This document shows, piece by piece, positions 26,201 through 39,900 of a stretch of DNA of 64,000 nucleotides. Every line of letters starts with the position of its first letter. Positions within the stretch are counted from its first letter, which is position 1. The DNA lies in the NCBI GenBank assembly GCA_015680685.1, contig MNCI01000596.1:539559-603558 (forward strand), read 5' to 3'. This DNA is from Gnetum montanum (Eukaryota; Plantae; Gnetophyta). Both the position numbers and the translations under genes were made by a program. The notes beneath the pieces were generated by a model, which saw only the letters and a list, made by a program, of their open reading frames with translations, was not told the origin of the DNA and ran no database searches.

Positions 26201-29055
26201 ATGGCACCCAAACCAAGGTATCCAAGAGAAGAAGGACCATCTCAACCAAGGGACAAGCGATTGAGAATGGGAAGAGGATGAGGAGCACAACCTCCAGAGC
26301 ATGCAGAGGGCTCACATGCAATTGGCCCCCTCTGCAAAGAACCTGACATGGAATTTGTTTGTCAGATTCCTGAAGTGGACGTCCCTGGTGAACAATCGCA
26401 AAGGGATGAGGCTCTTGTGGTAGCACCACAACTTAAGGTAACCTTGACCCAAGCCTGTATTGACACTATTAAGTCGAGGGAGCTGCAACGAACAATCCTT
26501 CAGGAGTTGAACTTCAGATTGTTTCTAGAGAATGCACCAGAGGAGGTCAAAACCCAATTGCAAAATTCTCCTATGTGGCTAATCATCACCTCTAGTGGTG
26601 AATGGTACCTAGGTGAAACTTACCTCTTTTGGACAAATCAGCAACTGGGGTCCAAAGTAAGAATCAAAGACATTCATGTCTCTTACTCTGTTGAAGCAAT
26701 TGCATAAGCTTTAGGGTTACTAGAGGTTGGAGTTGATGTGGCAGAGATTTCTAAACAAGCAGACCTCAAGGTAAAGGGGAAGTGGATCAGGTAGTGCTAT
26801 GGGATAGAATGCAAGGAGTTTGGCACCCTAACCATTGTGGAGAGGGTTTATTCAAAAATCGTGTCTTACCACTTGAATCCAATGATAAGACCCAACAAGA
26901 TCATGACCTTCTCTACTCATGCATGTGTCACTCTAAGTGAAAAGTTCCCCATCAACCTTTCATAGTTACTTTTTCTGGAGATTGAAAAGAGATTTGCTGA
27001 AAATGAAAGTGGAAGACGAGCTCTACCCTTTCCCTATCTAATCAAAAAATTGTGTAAATGGGTAGGGATAGCACAATACACCAATGACACACTTTGTCAT
27101 GCCCCAATTGCCTCATGGTGAGAGATGATGAAGGACAAGAATTTGACCATAAGACAACTCAAGGAAGAGTAGAGACCACCTCCACCACCTGCGCAAGTAA
27201 CTAGGTCGGGCTTGTAAATAATTGTAGAACACATATGTGAGATCTGACAATTGCTCTTGAGCCAACAAGAGCAATCAGTAGGAACTGGTGGAGGAGAAGA
27301 CCCTGTAGTTTATCACCCTGAGATGAGCCATCTTGAGAAAGTGGCTCAATGAGTGAGTTTGCTAAAGAGAGCAGGGCAGATGTTTTTTGTCACCCGAGCA
27401 TAAGTACCCACTAGAACTAATCCCAGTGTTCAAGAAGTAACGATGTCCACCCAACAATTATTTCTTGAAATTTTAGGAAATGTTGCTACTTTTTTGATGA
27501 AGTTGGAGGATGGTAAGGGGGTGACTGTCCTGGTAATGCAACACTAGGGACAAGAAGTTGCGGTTGAAGTGGTTGCTAACATAATCACTACGATACTTAA
27601 TGCACCTATGATGCTTGTATCAGATGTACATGGACTTGAAGATGTACAGATGTTTGCAGGAACTTCACATAGTAGGATCAACGCATCCCAATATGAAGAG
27701 TTGTTGGACTAATTGGTGGGAACCGAGTAACTAGTTTCGAATGTCTTTGATCTTCCAAACAACATTATTGAGACCCAGTCATAGTTGCTTTCAGCAATGG
27801 GCAAGTGCCTCATCTTGGAGGGGCAACTTGAAGTGGCACAAGCGGATCATCAATGCTTGGCTATGGAGGTTGCCTAATTAAGGACCCAACTTGCTAATGT
27901 AGCTCTTCTCAACCATGAACTCACCAGGGATGAAGCTTTTCAATGGCTTCAAACCAAACCTCAGAAGGTTGAGGATGAGCAGGAGATGAGAATCTTTAAC
28001 AAGTCCTTAAAAGACGCTCATGCTTACCATCTAAATAAGGACTTGGTAGAGATTCGCTAGGAGAATGTTAGGCTAACCGCAGAAGTTCATCGCTTGTGCA
28101 ATGTTGGTGTGGAGAATCAACACATGAAAAAATTCATCCATCAATAACAGGAGTAGCTAGCTAGGGTAAACACTAATGTGAGGTGATTGACAGCTAAAAA
28201 TTGTAATCTGTCTATGGAGGAAGTTCGAGCCTTGTGACAAAAATCAACAATTGAAATCGCTGCTTAGAAAAATAAAGCCCTTATATTTGAACGAGTTAAA
28301 AATCATTATAGGAACCAAGTGGGATTGCAAAAAAAGGTCAATGAAAAAGAGATTCAAGTCGCAAAGGCTAAAATGAACCAGACACTCCAACAGCTCAAAG
28401 AAGGAGGTGAGGTATGGCAACCCATCTTCAACGGATTGAATGCCTACAATTAGGCTAAGATTTGTCTTAAGGAGCGACAGATTGAAGAGATGATGGAGTA
28501 CATGGAGTTAGCCAATCTCCATTATGCAAACCTGGCAATGCTAACAGCTGGAAGGCTATGGTCAGACCTGGAGAAGCAAGTGGCCACCTCGTATTCTTTA
28601 TACGAGGGTGAGTTCCAAGTGCATAAAGAGACAAAGCAAAAGCTAGAAATAGCCAATGCGAAACTTGAAGTTCTTCACACTCATGTTGAAGGACAAAGTA
28701 CAGTTGCAGAGAACTTGGCTTGACGAATGAATGACTACCAGTAGTTGCAAACATCGATCAGAGCGTTCGACATCAAACAAAAGAAATTCATTGCTTGGTT
28801 CATCAATTTGAAGGAACTTTTTCCTGCACTTCCATGTCCTTGGGATGTCCCTATTTCGACACACATTAGTGAAGCTACCTGAATAGTGAATGATCCCAGA
28901 AGTAAAGAAGATAAAATGAGGGCATTTTGGAGGCTTTTCGATTACCTTCGGAAGGTGTAGCTACTGCAGGGCAACTGTTACCAACGCCACAACAACCACA
29001 TGCGTCAGAAGCTGGTGAAGGCCCGTCAGAAGCACCACCGCAAGGGACAGTGTGA
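26201..29055 (+). pseudogene. Large accessory (env-position) ORF of element #3, ~950 codons, decayed
   Basis: ATG 26201 (MAPKPRYPREEGPSQ) is in frame with ORF 26348-26707; long E/K/Q/L-rich coiled-coil-like C-terminal half, FPALPCPWDVP motif, ends PPQGTV*. Confidence 0.8.
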
Positions 29056-29271
29056 CCTTCTTTAGCAACTTTAGCATTTTTTGGCAAGGTGTTCAATTTT
29101 GTCTCTAAACACCACAATTTTGTAATTTATTTTTTTCCATACACTCGGGCACTTGGTATGTTAATAGAGTCAGTGTGTGTAAATATGTTTTGTTGTATGT
29201 TCTGTCACTAACTTCATACCTTCCAAATTGTAATAAACTTGAGGATGAGTTTTCACTCAATTGTGGGGGTA

Positions 29272-30165
29272 TGATGAAGTGTTTAGTTGATATGTTGATT
29301 GGGCCATGTTAATGGAGCCTCGTTGACACGACTGTGTTGATGTGACCCTATTGACGTATCCATCCATGCATTAACACAACCCCATTAATGCAGAGTTTGT
29401 CTCTTACTATAAATATGCATGCACCTGTAGCATTTATGGCATCTTTTGCAGTAGTTGTAGTGAAACTCTTATAGTTTGTTCTCGTAAAAGTTAGAATATC
29501 TTTCCAAGTTCCTACAGTAGGTGTGAGAAATGTGTATAGCTCTTTATTCGAGCGCTAATGTAATTGAGCCCATTGGCGTGACTGGCAATAAAGACGAGCT
29601 TTTTGAGCATTCCTTGCAATATTGGATTTAATCACTTAAGCATTTTAATAGTTTAATGTTTCCATGCTTTAATAATTTCAAAAGCTTTTATTGTTATCAT
29701 TTTACAGTTATTGTCCTTTCATATTTTATGAGAACCATAGGCACAACCATCTTGAACATAAATCAGACACTTGGTCACCCAGTGATGCTTAATGTCTAGT
29801 AACCCAGTAGTGGTCAGGGTATGCTTAGGATGTGCACAGAAGATGGGATCAGTTGTGTATGCTAGGGAGAGTTAAACAACAGGGTAGAATAATTATAGAT
29901 TACACAACTTTTCTTTCTTTACAATTAAAGAACTAGACTTTTAAAGATAAAAAAAAAACCAATAAAAATCATTTGCCTCAATCTCACTTAACCATCACTT
30001 TAGAACACCAAAAGTGAGGTTGGGAAGACAACGACCATTCTAACCAAGTCTTGCTGGCTAGAGTTTGGTGTATGCAAGTGCTTACAGTCTACAGAATTTG
30101 ATTGAGTCACATGTGAACACCCATGATTTGTATGGTTGGGTGTAGGGGTACCTCACCACTCATCA
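29272..30165 (+). repeat. 3' LTR of element #3 (894 bp)
   Basis: Direct repeat of 17118-18012, preceded by PPT, followed by TSD. Confidence 0.95.
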
Positions 30166-30170
30166 ACCAA

Positions 30171-32937
30171 AATGTGCAAAAAGCCTTGTTGGAAAAGGTT
30201 AGAAAAGGAAGAACATGTAATGCATCTCTACATGAATATACCAACTACAACAAACATGTAAATCCAATCAATATGAAATCCTTGTTACAATGCTAAAAGC
30301 TACTCACAATTTATTGCAGTTGTCGCTATAATTGCGAAAACAAGAATGAAAAAAGAGAAGTGGGAAGAATTATCATAGCTATGGAAAATGGGGATGATAA
30401 AGAAAGAGATCAAAAAAAATAACTATGGAAGTAGCTAAATCATCCTTTGAAACTCTATTATTCTACAAAGTATATATACAAATCAACAAAATCTTGTGTT
30501 TCAAATGAATGGATACCAAAATGTGCAGTTTTTATAATTAAGCATTGTACTAATGCACTTCTTATCAAACTTGTAAAAATAAAATACATCACTTGATGAA
30601 ACACTTATGAAGTGGTAGCTTCTAGTCTTGTGGGGTACTACATAGCCCTCATCAAGGGGTACTACGAGTTAGGATTACACAACTTATTCTACATGGTTCA
30701 CAACTTTTATTTCTTGATATCTCACAATCTAGGAATTTAAATGATGAATCATAAGAACCTATGAAATTCTCAAAATGAGTAGAATACATTCATGTAAATA
30801 AAATTTAGACACATAAATATCTCAACATGCTAGACATGTGTGATGATAGATGTATGCACTTTGATGAATAGCTCTTAGATTTTATCTCACAAGCCAAGAG
30901 AAGTTAATGCATATATATATATATGTGCATAATCACATTGAATCAAAATACTTCTATCTAATAGGAGAAAATAGTAACATTCATCTAGATAGCACAAACA
31001 TAGCAATTGTAGAATAGAGGATTTAATGTACATAAGTAGGTAAGATTCAAGTAACACATGTACCAAAAACACAAACACACAAGGGGATTTCTACTATAGT
31101 GTGTTACATAATCTTTTGTACCTAAGATTTGATGCATTTTGAAATCTTCATATGGTAGAGATTCTCCTATCAAAGTTAAGATGCTAACTAGAAAATAAGC
31201 TAGTCATAAAATGGTTTGAAAAGAAAGAGAATCAAATTTGAGAAAACCAAATGGTACTTATGTAGATCTAAGAAGGGTTGCATTGGTTTAGCTAAGGCTT
31301 CTTCTCATAGTTTGGCAAATTCTTCCTTTTAAGCTTTTTTTTTTCTTAAATGGTAGTAAGGTAAATTGTTGTGGTAGGTAAAACAACAAATTAGTGTGGT
31401 AAGAGTAGATTTGATATTTCTCTAGTAGATCTAATTTTTTTCTAGTGGATTTGATGTTTTTCCAAAATATATGATTTCTCCTTGTGGATTTAATTTTTCT
31501 TTCTTTGATTTTTCTTTAGCAAATTTGATCTATATAGAATTCCCATATGGGAGTTCTATATTACCTCTAATTTCTTTAACTAATGCAAAAATCTCTAGTT
31601 CTTCTATTGATGTGGATATTTCTATTAATTCTAAGAATGAAATTTTATAAGTTAGTGAGTAAAAATCTGCAATGCTTTTTTCTACTAATATTGATGTAAC
31701 TAAGACACTTGATTTTGTTTTTCTTAATAATGTATATGAGTCACTGGTAGCTAATTTTACATTGCAATATGTATTCATTCTTAATTTGGGTCACCTTTAT
31801 CATAATCAAAGTTTCTCTTCATAGTTTAATAATGTAATGCAAAAACATGATATTAAAGTCTTTCATGCTAGGTATTTTTTTTTTGCTTGTTGAGTTAAGT
31901 AATGCTTCAATGGTCTATTGTGCTTTAGATATAGGATCATTTATACATAAGTATTTAATCCTGATCATTTGTAAGTGGAATCCAAATTTTGATGTCAAAT
32001 TTGTAGAAAATTTTAAAACTCCATGCTTAGTCAAGTTATTTAATCTTTCATTGATTTTTCAAAAAATTGAACAAGAGATTGTTAGTTGTCTTGGTTCTAT
32101 AAAGCATATAGAATTTGTTTTCATATTATTTGATTCTCATGTAGTTGATCCCATTTTGTTAGGACGCATGATGATGATGAATCTTCTTAATTGTAAAAAG
32201 AAATTGGTATTACAAATAAGAAAGAAGAATTATGTTTAACTAATCACATATTACAATCTTCTCAATTCTTGCATATTTTATCATTGTGAATGACATTTTT
32301 TTAATGCTTATTCTTTTTTTGAGATCAAAGATGTTGAGGAAAGAACAAATATGGTGAAGTTAAAAATAAAAAAAATAATATGTAGTTTAAAATATGAAAA
32401 ATCAAATTATTATAAATGATAAGAATTATTAAATGATAATGAAGAAAGTAGAGAAGATAGAAGCTTTTGTGAATATTTTTTCTAGAAGTATTGATTAGTC
32501 CAAACATATAGCTTATAAAGAAAATTTTAAACCTTATATTAAGAAGCAAACTAATAATAATGGCCAAAAATTTTAACCTAAGGTTAATTGTGGTGGATAA
32601 TTAATTCAACATTCTATTGGTTCTTGCTCTTCTACAAAAGCTGGTATTTCTCTAAAACTTTCTATTATTACCTGGAATTCTTTTGTTGTTTTAAGTTCAA
32701 TCATGGATGTTGAAAGTGATGTAAATGTTATTAGGACTGAAATTGTTCTTCCTACAAATAATTAATTTTCCTCTATTTTTTAAATCATTATTTCAATTCT
32801 AAGTTTATACATTTGAGTAGATATCCCTAAAATTGGAAAGCTTTTTACTTTCCATATTATCTTCTTATTTGCTACTCAATGTTAAATACATGATGTACTT
32901 TGAAATTTTTTGCTTATTATGCATATTATATTTAGGG
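30171..32937 (-). mobile_element. Very old retroelement relic (possible gag tail plus env-like ORF)
   Basis: Only weak motifs remain: KKIIWKVK near 32860 and IELPYG near 31550, both seen in plant LTR gag tails or accessory ORFs; AT-rich and full of stops. Confidence 0.3.
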
Positions 32938-33028
32938 TTTGACACCCCATCCCTCACTTCCCCTAGCCATGCCATGCACAGGATAGTAAGGCATATAGAT
33001 GGTTTCTAATGGAAGAAAAGCTAGGTTA

Positions 33029-34336
33029 TGGATCAAATATCATAAAATAGAGGGGGGTTGAATAGGGTGTCTTAAAAAAAATTTGCACAATCTAAATCAA
33101 ATATGATAGACAAAATATTCTTACAAACATTTAAGTAAATTGGAGTAACGCACATTGAAACTTTGATTAAAAGGACACACAAAAAATAAATAAAATACAC
33201 AATGCATACCAAGATTTATAGTGGTTAAACTTGGGGCCAATTCACTTTGTAGGGCTATTCAAATCTCTTCTACCCTTGGATTCTCTTTCAATCTTGAAAT
33301 CCTTGAAGAATAATGCTAGTTTTAGGGGTTTTTAATTTCTCTTTCATATAACTAGGATTTTAGGCAAAAATCCTCAAACTAGACCTCAACATAAAGAAAA
33401 AGAGATGATGCTTTTGGGATTTCACAATTAATTAGATTACATCCAATATAGGCGTAGATTATGCAAGAGATGTAGAGTTTTTTTAACACAATAATATAAT
33501 AAGGGTTTTTCATTTTTTCAAGCTCTCTTACATAATTAATATTTCGTTTGAAGTTTTTCTCTTCTTTATTTTTTTCTATCTGCTATGTTGCTGTTGATAT
33601 AACCATCTTCATCTAATGATCCATCTCTACCTATGCATCAACAACTATGAGAGGTGTGATGTTCTTGGATGAACACTCCATCCTTGAGGAGAAATGACAG
33701 ACCTCACTTCTTATTACTTTTCTTGTCTCATAATGTTTGAGGGAATTTTGACATTCTTATATTTTGTATTTTTATCACTTTTTTCCTGATAGATTGACCT
33801 TTTCTAAGTTTGTTCAACCTATGGTTGGTTGACCTTATGCTTCATTCTTCAAAACATAAGCTTTTGGAATTGGATGACTGTTATCGATTGTTAGTCTTAG
33901 GTTGGGTGATATTAAGAGTATTGCACTTTATATGCTTTTAGATTTCTTTCAATTCAAGTTAGTTGATCTATTAATAAGTTGGTCAACTTTAAGAATGATG
34001 CATTTTCTTCCTTGTACACTTCACTAGCTCCTAGGTAGGTCAACGTTTGATAAGGTTGGTTGACTTGACAGGTGTATATTTTTCTCACAACTAAGATTGG
34101 ATAGCTTTTCGAAATGTTGATCTTAAGTAGGATTAGTTGACTTATTGGACCATTTGGTCAACCTTACATAGGATTAGTTAGCCTATTAGACCATTTAGTT
34201 GATTAGAGGATGGTTTAGGTGATCGAAGGACTAGTGATTTTGGTGCCAAGCTCTACCATCAATAACTCACAAGGACATCACTTAACTTAAAGAACATCAT
34301 ACATTTTGTTATTTCAAATTTGTAATTTGATAAACA
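33029..34336 (-). repeat. 3' LTR of SIRE-like element (~1.3 kb)
   Basis: TG...CA termini; homologous to 51726-52549; repeated GGTCAACC/GGTTGACC motifs at 33790-34200. Confidence 0.85.
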
Positions 34337-34510
34337 ATATCCTCCTATTTGGACATGACAAAAGCACCTTCTTTTGAAAGATGACAAACATCATAAGTAC
34401 ACCTAGAGGAATCCAAAATTAAAACAAATATCCATGAGAATTCTCAAGCTCCCCTTGAGCTTATAACCCCATTGGTTACACATGCTTGTATTCTCTCCCT
34501 TATTTAGCAT
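34337..34510 (-). promoter_or_regulatory. Multiple polypurine tracts (Sirevirus signature)
   Basis: rc TTTGTCATGTCCAAATAGGAGGATAT abuts the LTR; further PPT-like copies at ~34370, ~34450 and ~34495. Confidence 0.7.
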
Positions 34511-35117
34511 CTATAAAGGTACAAGAAAATTATGCTTTCAAGGCACAAAAGTGACCTTGGGGGGTTCAGGGGGGCCCCGAGGGGTAGGGGGAGGAAAGGA
34601 TGTGTGTATGCCAAAATACATGCTTAAAAACTAGATGCTTAAACTGATATACATTTTTGATACATGTATGCAAAATAGACTTTCCATCTCTCATGATCAA
34701 CATCCATAAATACCAATACCAATTAGAGACCAATACATCAATGAAACAAACTAGTACTATGTCTTTTAGATATATCAAGTTGATAGGAATCATAATAGAG
34801 ATCTATCATAACAAAAGAAAGTGATGTACATAGAATTTATAGTAAGTAAATACTTAGGAAAACACTTAAATTCCCAAGCTATGGATAGTAGTATAGCCAC
34901 AAAACAAGCCTAAATTAAAGATGCTACTAAAAAAAAAAAAACTTGTAGCACATAAGAGAAGATTATAAAGCATGCATATATATAGCAAGAACATAATAAT
35001 AAATGAGCTGAAAATAAGAGTAGAATTGAAAAAAATTCCTTGTATAAAAGTGATGATATGAAAGTAATAGAACAAAGGAAAAATCAACTTTATACCAAGA
35101 TCAAAATTAATGGCTTA

Positions 35118-35418
35118 AAAACCTATAAGCATGAAGAATTTAAACTTGCACAACATATATATGCTCTAGAATGTTGGTAAAAGTACCCTAAATTGATCCT
35201 CAAATAAGCATAAAAGTAATATATATATATATATAAAGCATAACTTAGAGTACATAGAATCGTTAGTTTTTATCCACAAAAGCCTGTAAGCATGAAGAAT
35301 TTAAACCTACACAACATATATATGCTCTAGAATGCTAGTAAAAGTACTCTAAATTGATCCTCAAATAAGCATAAAAGTAATATATATATATATATAAAGC
35401 ATAAATGAGAGTACATAG
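35118..35418. repeat. ~160-bp tandem duplication containing (TA)n
   Basis: AAGCATGAAGAATTTAAAC...AAAGTAATATATATATATATATAAAGCATAA...GAGTACATAG occurs twice. Confidence 0.9.
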
Positions 35419-35569
35419 CTTTATTATAAATTAAATGGTTTTTATCTACTAAGACACTTAGGGATCCACCAAAAACTGATAGACATATAACTCACCAAAA
35501 GAAGATCAAAGATTAAAACTAACATAGCATAAGAAGGACTAACAAGAAAAAAAACTCAAACATAAGGAA

Positions 35570-36788
35570 GAATGATTCTTCCTTTGAATAAGTGTCCTCT
35601 ACACTTTCTTTGGTCACAAAACTAACAAAATCACTAGGACTAGCCTACTCCTTCTGAAAGCTCTTAGAATTAATAATGGCTATCCGAACCTTCTCAACAC
35701 TCTCTGATGCCTTAATGTATAAAGAAACTGTAATGCTAATACTATATTCAAAATCATCTATGGAATTTTTCTCTTTTATCTTTTCTATTATCCTCTTTTA
35801 ATAATAAATATGTTAAGTAGACATATTTGTCATGGCATTCATGGCCTTTATCATCGTCTTTTGTAGCAAAGCATTCGATTCCTTCTTCTTTTTCTCTCAG
35901 TTTGAAAATGATGGAGTATGTTCCTTAATTTTCTTTAGGTTCATATGCCTAACCATGCCTCCATCATAAGTCATAGACTTAGGCCCTTTGGCCTCATTAT
36001 CTAGGATACACACATTTTCCTTTAAGATGAGTGCAAAGGTTAGTACACCAAAGGTGAGCTAAGATGACCATGTTCTATTACATGATCTTCCATGGTCTAA
36101 AAGATGTATTGGGGTCCATATAATATCTTTTTTTAGCCATTTAATAAATGAAAAATAAAAAAGATGCAATAATCTCATCAAAATGACTATCTTTTGGTAA
36201 GAAATATGTCATAATAATTCAAGCAACCAACCTATATTGTATCTTAAAATATTTAATTTTGATGTTATGAAGCTAATTGAATTGTGATTGTAGAGAAACT
36301 TCATCAAACTTGGCTTATCCACTAGATTTTCAAGGACTAGGTTTATGTTTGAAAATTTGCAAGTATCACTAGTAGGCATGCTTAGAACCTCTGAAATCTT
36401 ATATATCATAATAGTGATCTTGTATTCTAATACAAAAGACTATATCTTCTCATCACTTGGGATCTCTAGATTGTAATAAAAGAGTATTACAAAGTGAGGA
36501 TAAATAGTCCCATAGAGATGTAGGAGAGGAACCTAGTGTTGGCACTCAACTTTTTTTTCTATATTATAGAACTTCAGGTAATATCACTTCTCTCTCTATT
36601 ACCAGTGGTCTTGATTCAAAGTGTAACCATTTCTCCTTGTATGCATGATAGATGAATAACTAAACTTCTTCTAGATCACTTACATACTTAGTTTCCTTCT
36701 TTGGTGAGGGTTCTATGATCCAAGAGTAGGTGGGATGAGCTTTATAGGCATTATAGGAGAGTAGAAGAGCTGAGGTGCAACATGACAT
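35570..36788 (-). pseudogene. env-like accessory ORF relic of the SIRE-like element
   Basis: Lies between gag and the PPTs; GTIYPHFVILFYYNL resembles the YPxLVxxFYxNL motif of Sirevirus env-like proteins. Confidence 0.6.
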
Positions 36789-37395
36789 AATGAAGAGAAG
36801 AGAGGATGATTGAAAAGCAAGGATTAAAAAACCCAAAAAATCATGATAGATCCTTTTAAAAAATGCTTTGAACTAAGGTCAATTTACCTAACGTATATCT
36901 AATCAACCTATTGCAAAGCCCAAGAATTTTAAATAACTAGCTCATCATACAAATGGTCAACCTATTAAAGGTGCATTCTACTAGGGATTGGTTAATTGAT
37001 GGAGGTTCTAGTTGATCTTAACCCTAAGAACAAGTACAAGACTACATGCAAGCCAGTTAACCCATTGAAAAATATGGTCGACCTTAATAATGTATAATTA
37101 ATTACAAATACAAGAGGTAGCCTCAAACATGCATAACAAGGATTGAGTAGTTCTAGATAATTTAAATGTCAAAAAAAAGTAATTAAAATGTGAACATACA
37201 ACTTCCTATTCTAAGTATAAACACTCAACCTTCCTAATGTAGGTTGGGTTAGTTATGTATCTATGTTAGTTGGGATATGGCCCAACTTCCAACCATCTTT
37301 TGCTATCTTCAAATTGGTTGGAAGGAGATGGCATAAGTTTATTCTTTTCTTTGATATAGTCCTTGTGGAATAAAATGTTAGGCACACATGCTTAC

Positions 37396-37999
37396 TATTA
37401 CATCCCCATTCCCAAATGATGCTATTACCTAATGAAGATGGTGTCTCTTCATAACAAGTGTTATTGTCATCTTAACAAGATCCAAAAGGGTAGTTGTGAT
37501 TAAGACCTGAAAGGGCATGTTGTAATAACAAACATGGCTCTTAAGGTAATCTTTGGGGGTTTGACCTAAGGCATTTATACTTGGGGTAGAGGTCATGCCA
37601 ACATGGAATGGTGGAGTCGGTATAGGCAAGTCATGGAGTGGTAGAACTAGTATAGGCAAGTCATAGGGAGTTGGGTGAAGCGGGACAAGAAGTGGACTGG
37701 CCATCCCTTTTGGCTAAGTTATAGGCCTAACCATTGTGGTAGTGCTAGATTGCCTCTAAGAGATAGATGCTAAAGGAAGAAAACTCCAAGGAACACTCTC
37801 AGAGCATGATCTAGATATGCTATTCCATATTAACAAAGCATTCTTTTCTTTCTCTTTCTACATTTTTCCTATTATTTCATTTATACATAATGTCAAATAT
37901 CACTTATATTTCACATTTGGTATATTTTCTTTATACACATAATGTCTAATATATCATATATTTGATGTTTGCCATGACATTTGGGGATGGGATGTCACA
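37396..37999 (+). repeat. 5' LTR of the CCR4-carrying element
   Basis: Direct repeat of 42680-43284; start decayed to TATTACA. Confidence 0.95.
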
Positions 38000-39499
38000 A
38001 TGGGTATCAAAGCAAAACATAATCCAAGGACCATTCAGAACCATGGGCTGACTACAACATGAATCAGATGATGAACCTTGAAGCCACAACACAGGGAAAG
38101 TCATTGATCATCACTAAATGTACCATATGTTTGTGATGTAAGTCAAAAGATACCTTTCCATTGATATCACAAACAAGGGATCAGACATGCAACCAGTAAA
38201 ATTATTTCAAGGACATCATTAACTGATGAAGATTTGATCACACCTCATCAAAATTTATCAATTACAAGAGATGTTGGTAAGACAATGATACATTGGTCTA
38301 AGTAACTCTTACCCATCTTAATACTAATTATTAATTAATTAGGGTCATTGTTAAATATCTTTCAAGAAAGTTAGTAACCATGACCTGAATTGATTTTATT
38401 TTGTTGAAATTCACTATCCAAGTAATCTAGAAAATTCCAAGTTACCATATGTTAGCCTAGAAATGTTAATTCAACAAAATAGGCTAGTTTCGTCCTTTTA
38501 ATTCCTAAAAAATTAACTCCATTTTTGAACTAAAAACTATGTCTAACATGTAGTACTCATCGAGATGATTCCAATGGTACAAATTTTGTCTTGAACAAAC
38601 TTACGATTTTGGAGATATTGATGTTCAAAGTTTCTCATCATATGTGCATTAAAATAATATTAAATTATTATTATTATTATTAAAGTCAAAATTTTAGGAC
38701 AAGAATCAACCTGGAATCACCATTTACCCATACCAAACCCTTGCCCTATCATTGGTTGAACCACCACATCAATTGTTGAGGCAAGATAGATTAAAATAAT
38801 AATAAAAAGTTAAAAGAAAGAAACTTTAATTTTGATCTGGAAGTTAGGGGTTTAAACCGAGGACCCCCCTCATTTAGTTTATATATATATATCATGGAAA
38901 AAAATAAAAAAAAATAAAAACATATAATTAAAAATAATATTTTGAAGACCATGTCAACTTGCAAAGGCTGCGCAAGCATTGCAGACCACATCGGCCTTGC
39001 AAGGGTCGTATAGGCCCTTAAGGTAGCATAGCACCTATTAAGGGCTACCAAAACCCTTGGTTACTCCGTCCTCCATAGTCATTATCATTCTGCCACATAC
39101 ATTCATCGTCTATCATGCATCTCTGCAGCTCCCCTATCGCCCATCGTCCTCTACTAGACTACCATGCATCTCTATAGCTCCATTGCCATTGTGTGCCATT
39201 TACATTGAAATTTGCAGGGCCGTTACTGTCGATTCCTTAGCATAGACCTTGCTATGGCTGTGTTGGCCCTTTCTATGAGCTGTGTAGGTCCTAACATGGG
39301 CTGTGTGGATCCTATGCAAGGTGCGCAAGCTTTGTTTGGAGTGCCATGATGTTTTTGGCCGTTGTCATCTGGTTGCTACTGTTGCCATCATGCTCGTCTA
39401 GAAACCCTAGCTTGCCTGCTGCCTACCCTTGCATTGCCCTACAACTACCACTTCTAAAACCAGCACCATTTTCTACCTACCACCTGTCATTTTCATCAT

Positions 39500-39900
39500 C
39501 GATAACTACCTCTAGCACTATGGATAACTACCTTTAGCACCATTAATAACCACCTCTAGCACCATTGATAATTGGCTTTAGTGCTATGGAAAATCATCTC
39601 TTTGGACACTACTGAAAACTGCCTCTTTGTGTGCAGGCCTAGTTAAGGGTTGTGCTAACCCTGACACAGGTCACACCAGCCCATAACAAGGCCATGCAAA
39701 CCCTGAGACTGGCCATGCTGGCCTAGGGGAGGGCCATGGGGACCATGTAATAGGCCTCATAGGCCATGTGGAGGGCCACATAATCCCTGGGGAGGGCTAC
39801 ATAATCCCCAAGAAGGGCCATGTGATCCCAAAAAGGGCCCTCAACAGAGTTGCACAGGCCCTAAACATGGCTGCATGGGCCTAGGGATGAGTCATGCATG
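39500..39900. repeat. Two short degenerate minisatellites (~22-bp ATAACYACCTCTAGCACYATKG; ~21-bp GGAGGGCCACATAATCCCYRR)
   Basis: About 5 copies at 39502-39630 and 5 or more copies at 39725-39850. Confidence 0.6.

Larger units (their letters stand above)
17118..30165 (+). mobile_element. Structurally complete Athila-like Ty3/gypsy element #3 (~13 kb)
   Basis: Paired LTRs TGATGA...TCATCA, perfect 5-bp TSD ACCAA (17113-17117 / 30166-30170), PBS, PPT (TGTGGGGGTA before 29272), gag-pol and accessory ORF. Confidence 0.97.

Noticed and set aside
32938-33028. Possible end of another Tekay-like LTR (TTTGACACCCCATCCC)
   Set aside because: Only ~90 bp before the SIRE insertion, with no partner in the window, so it cannot be supported.
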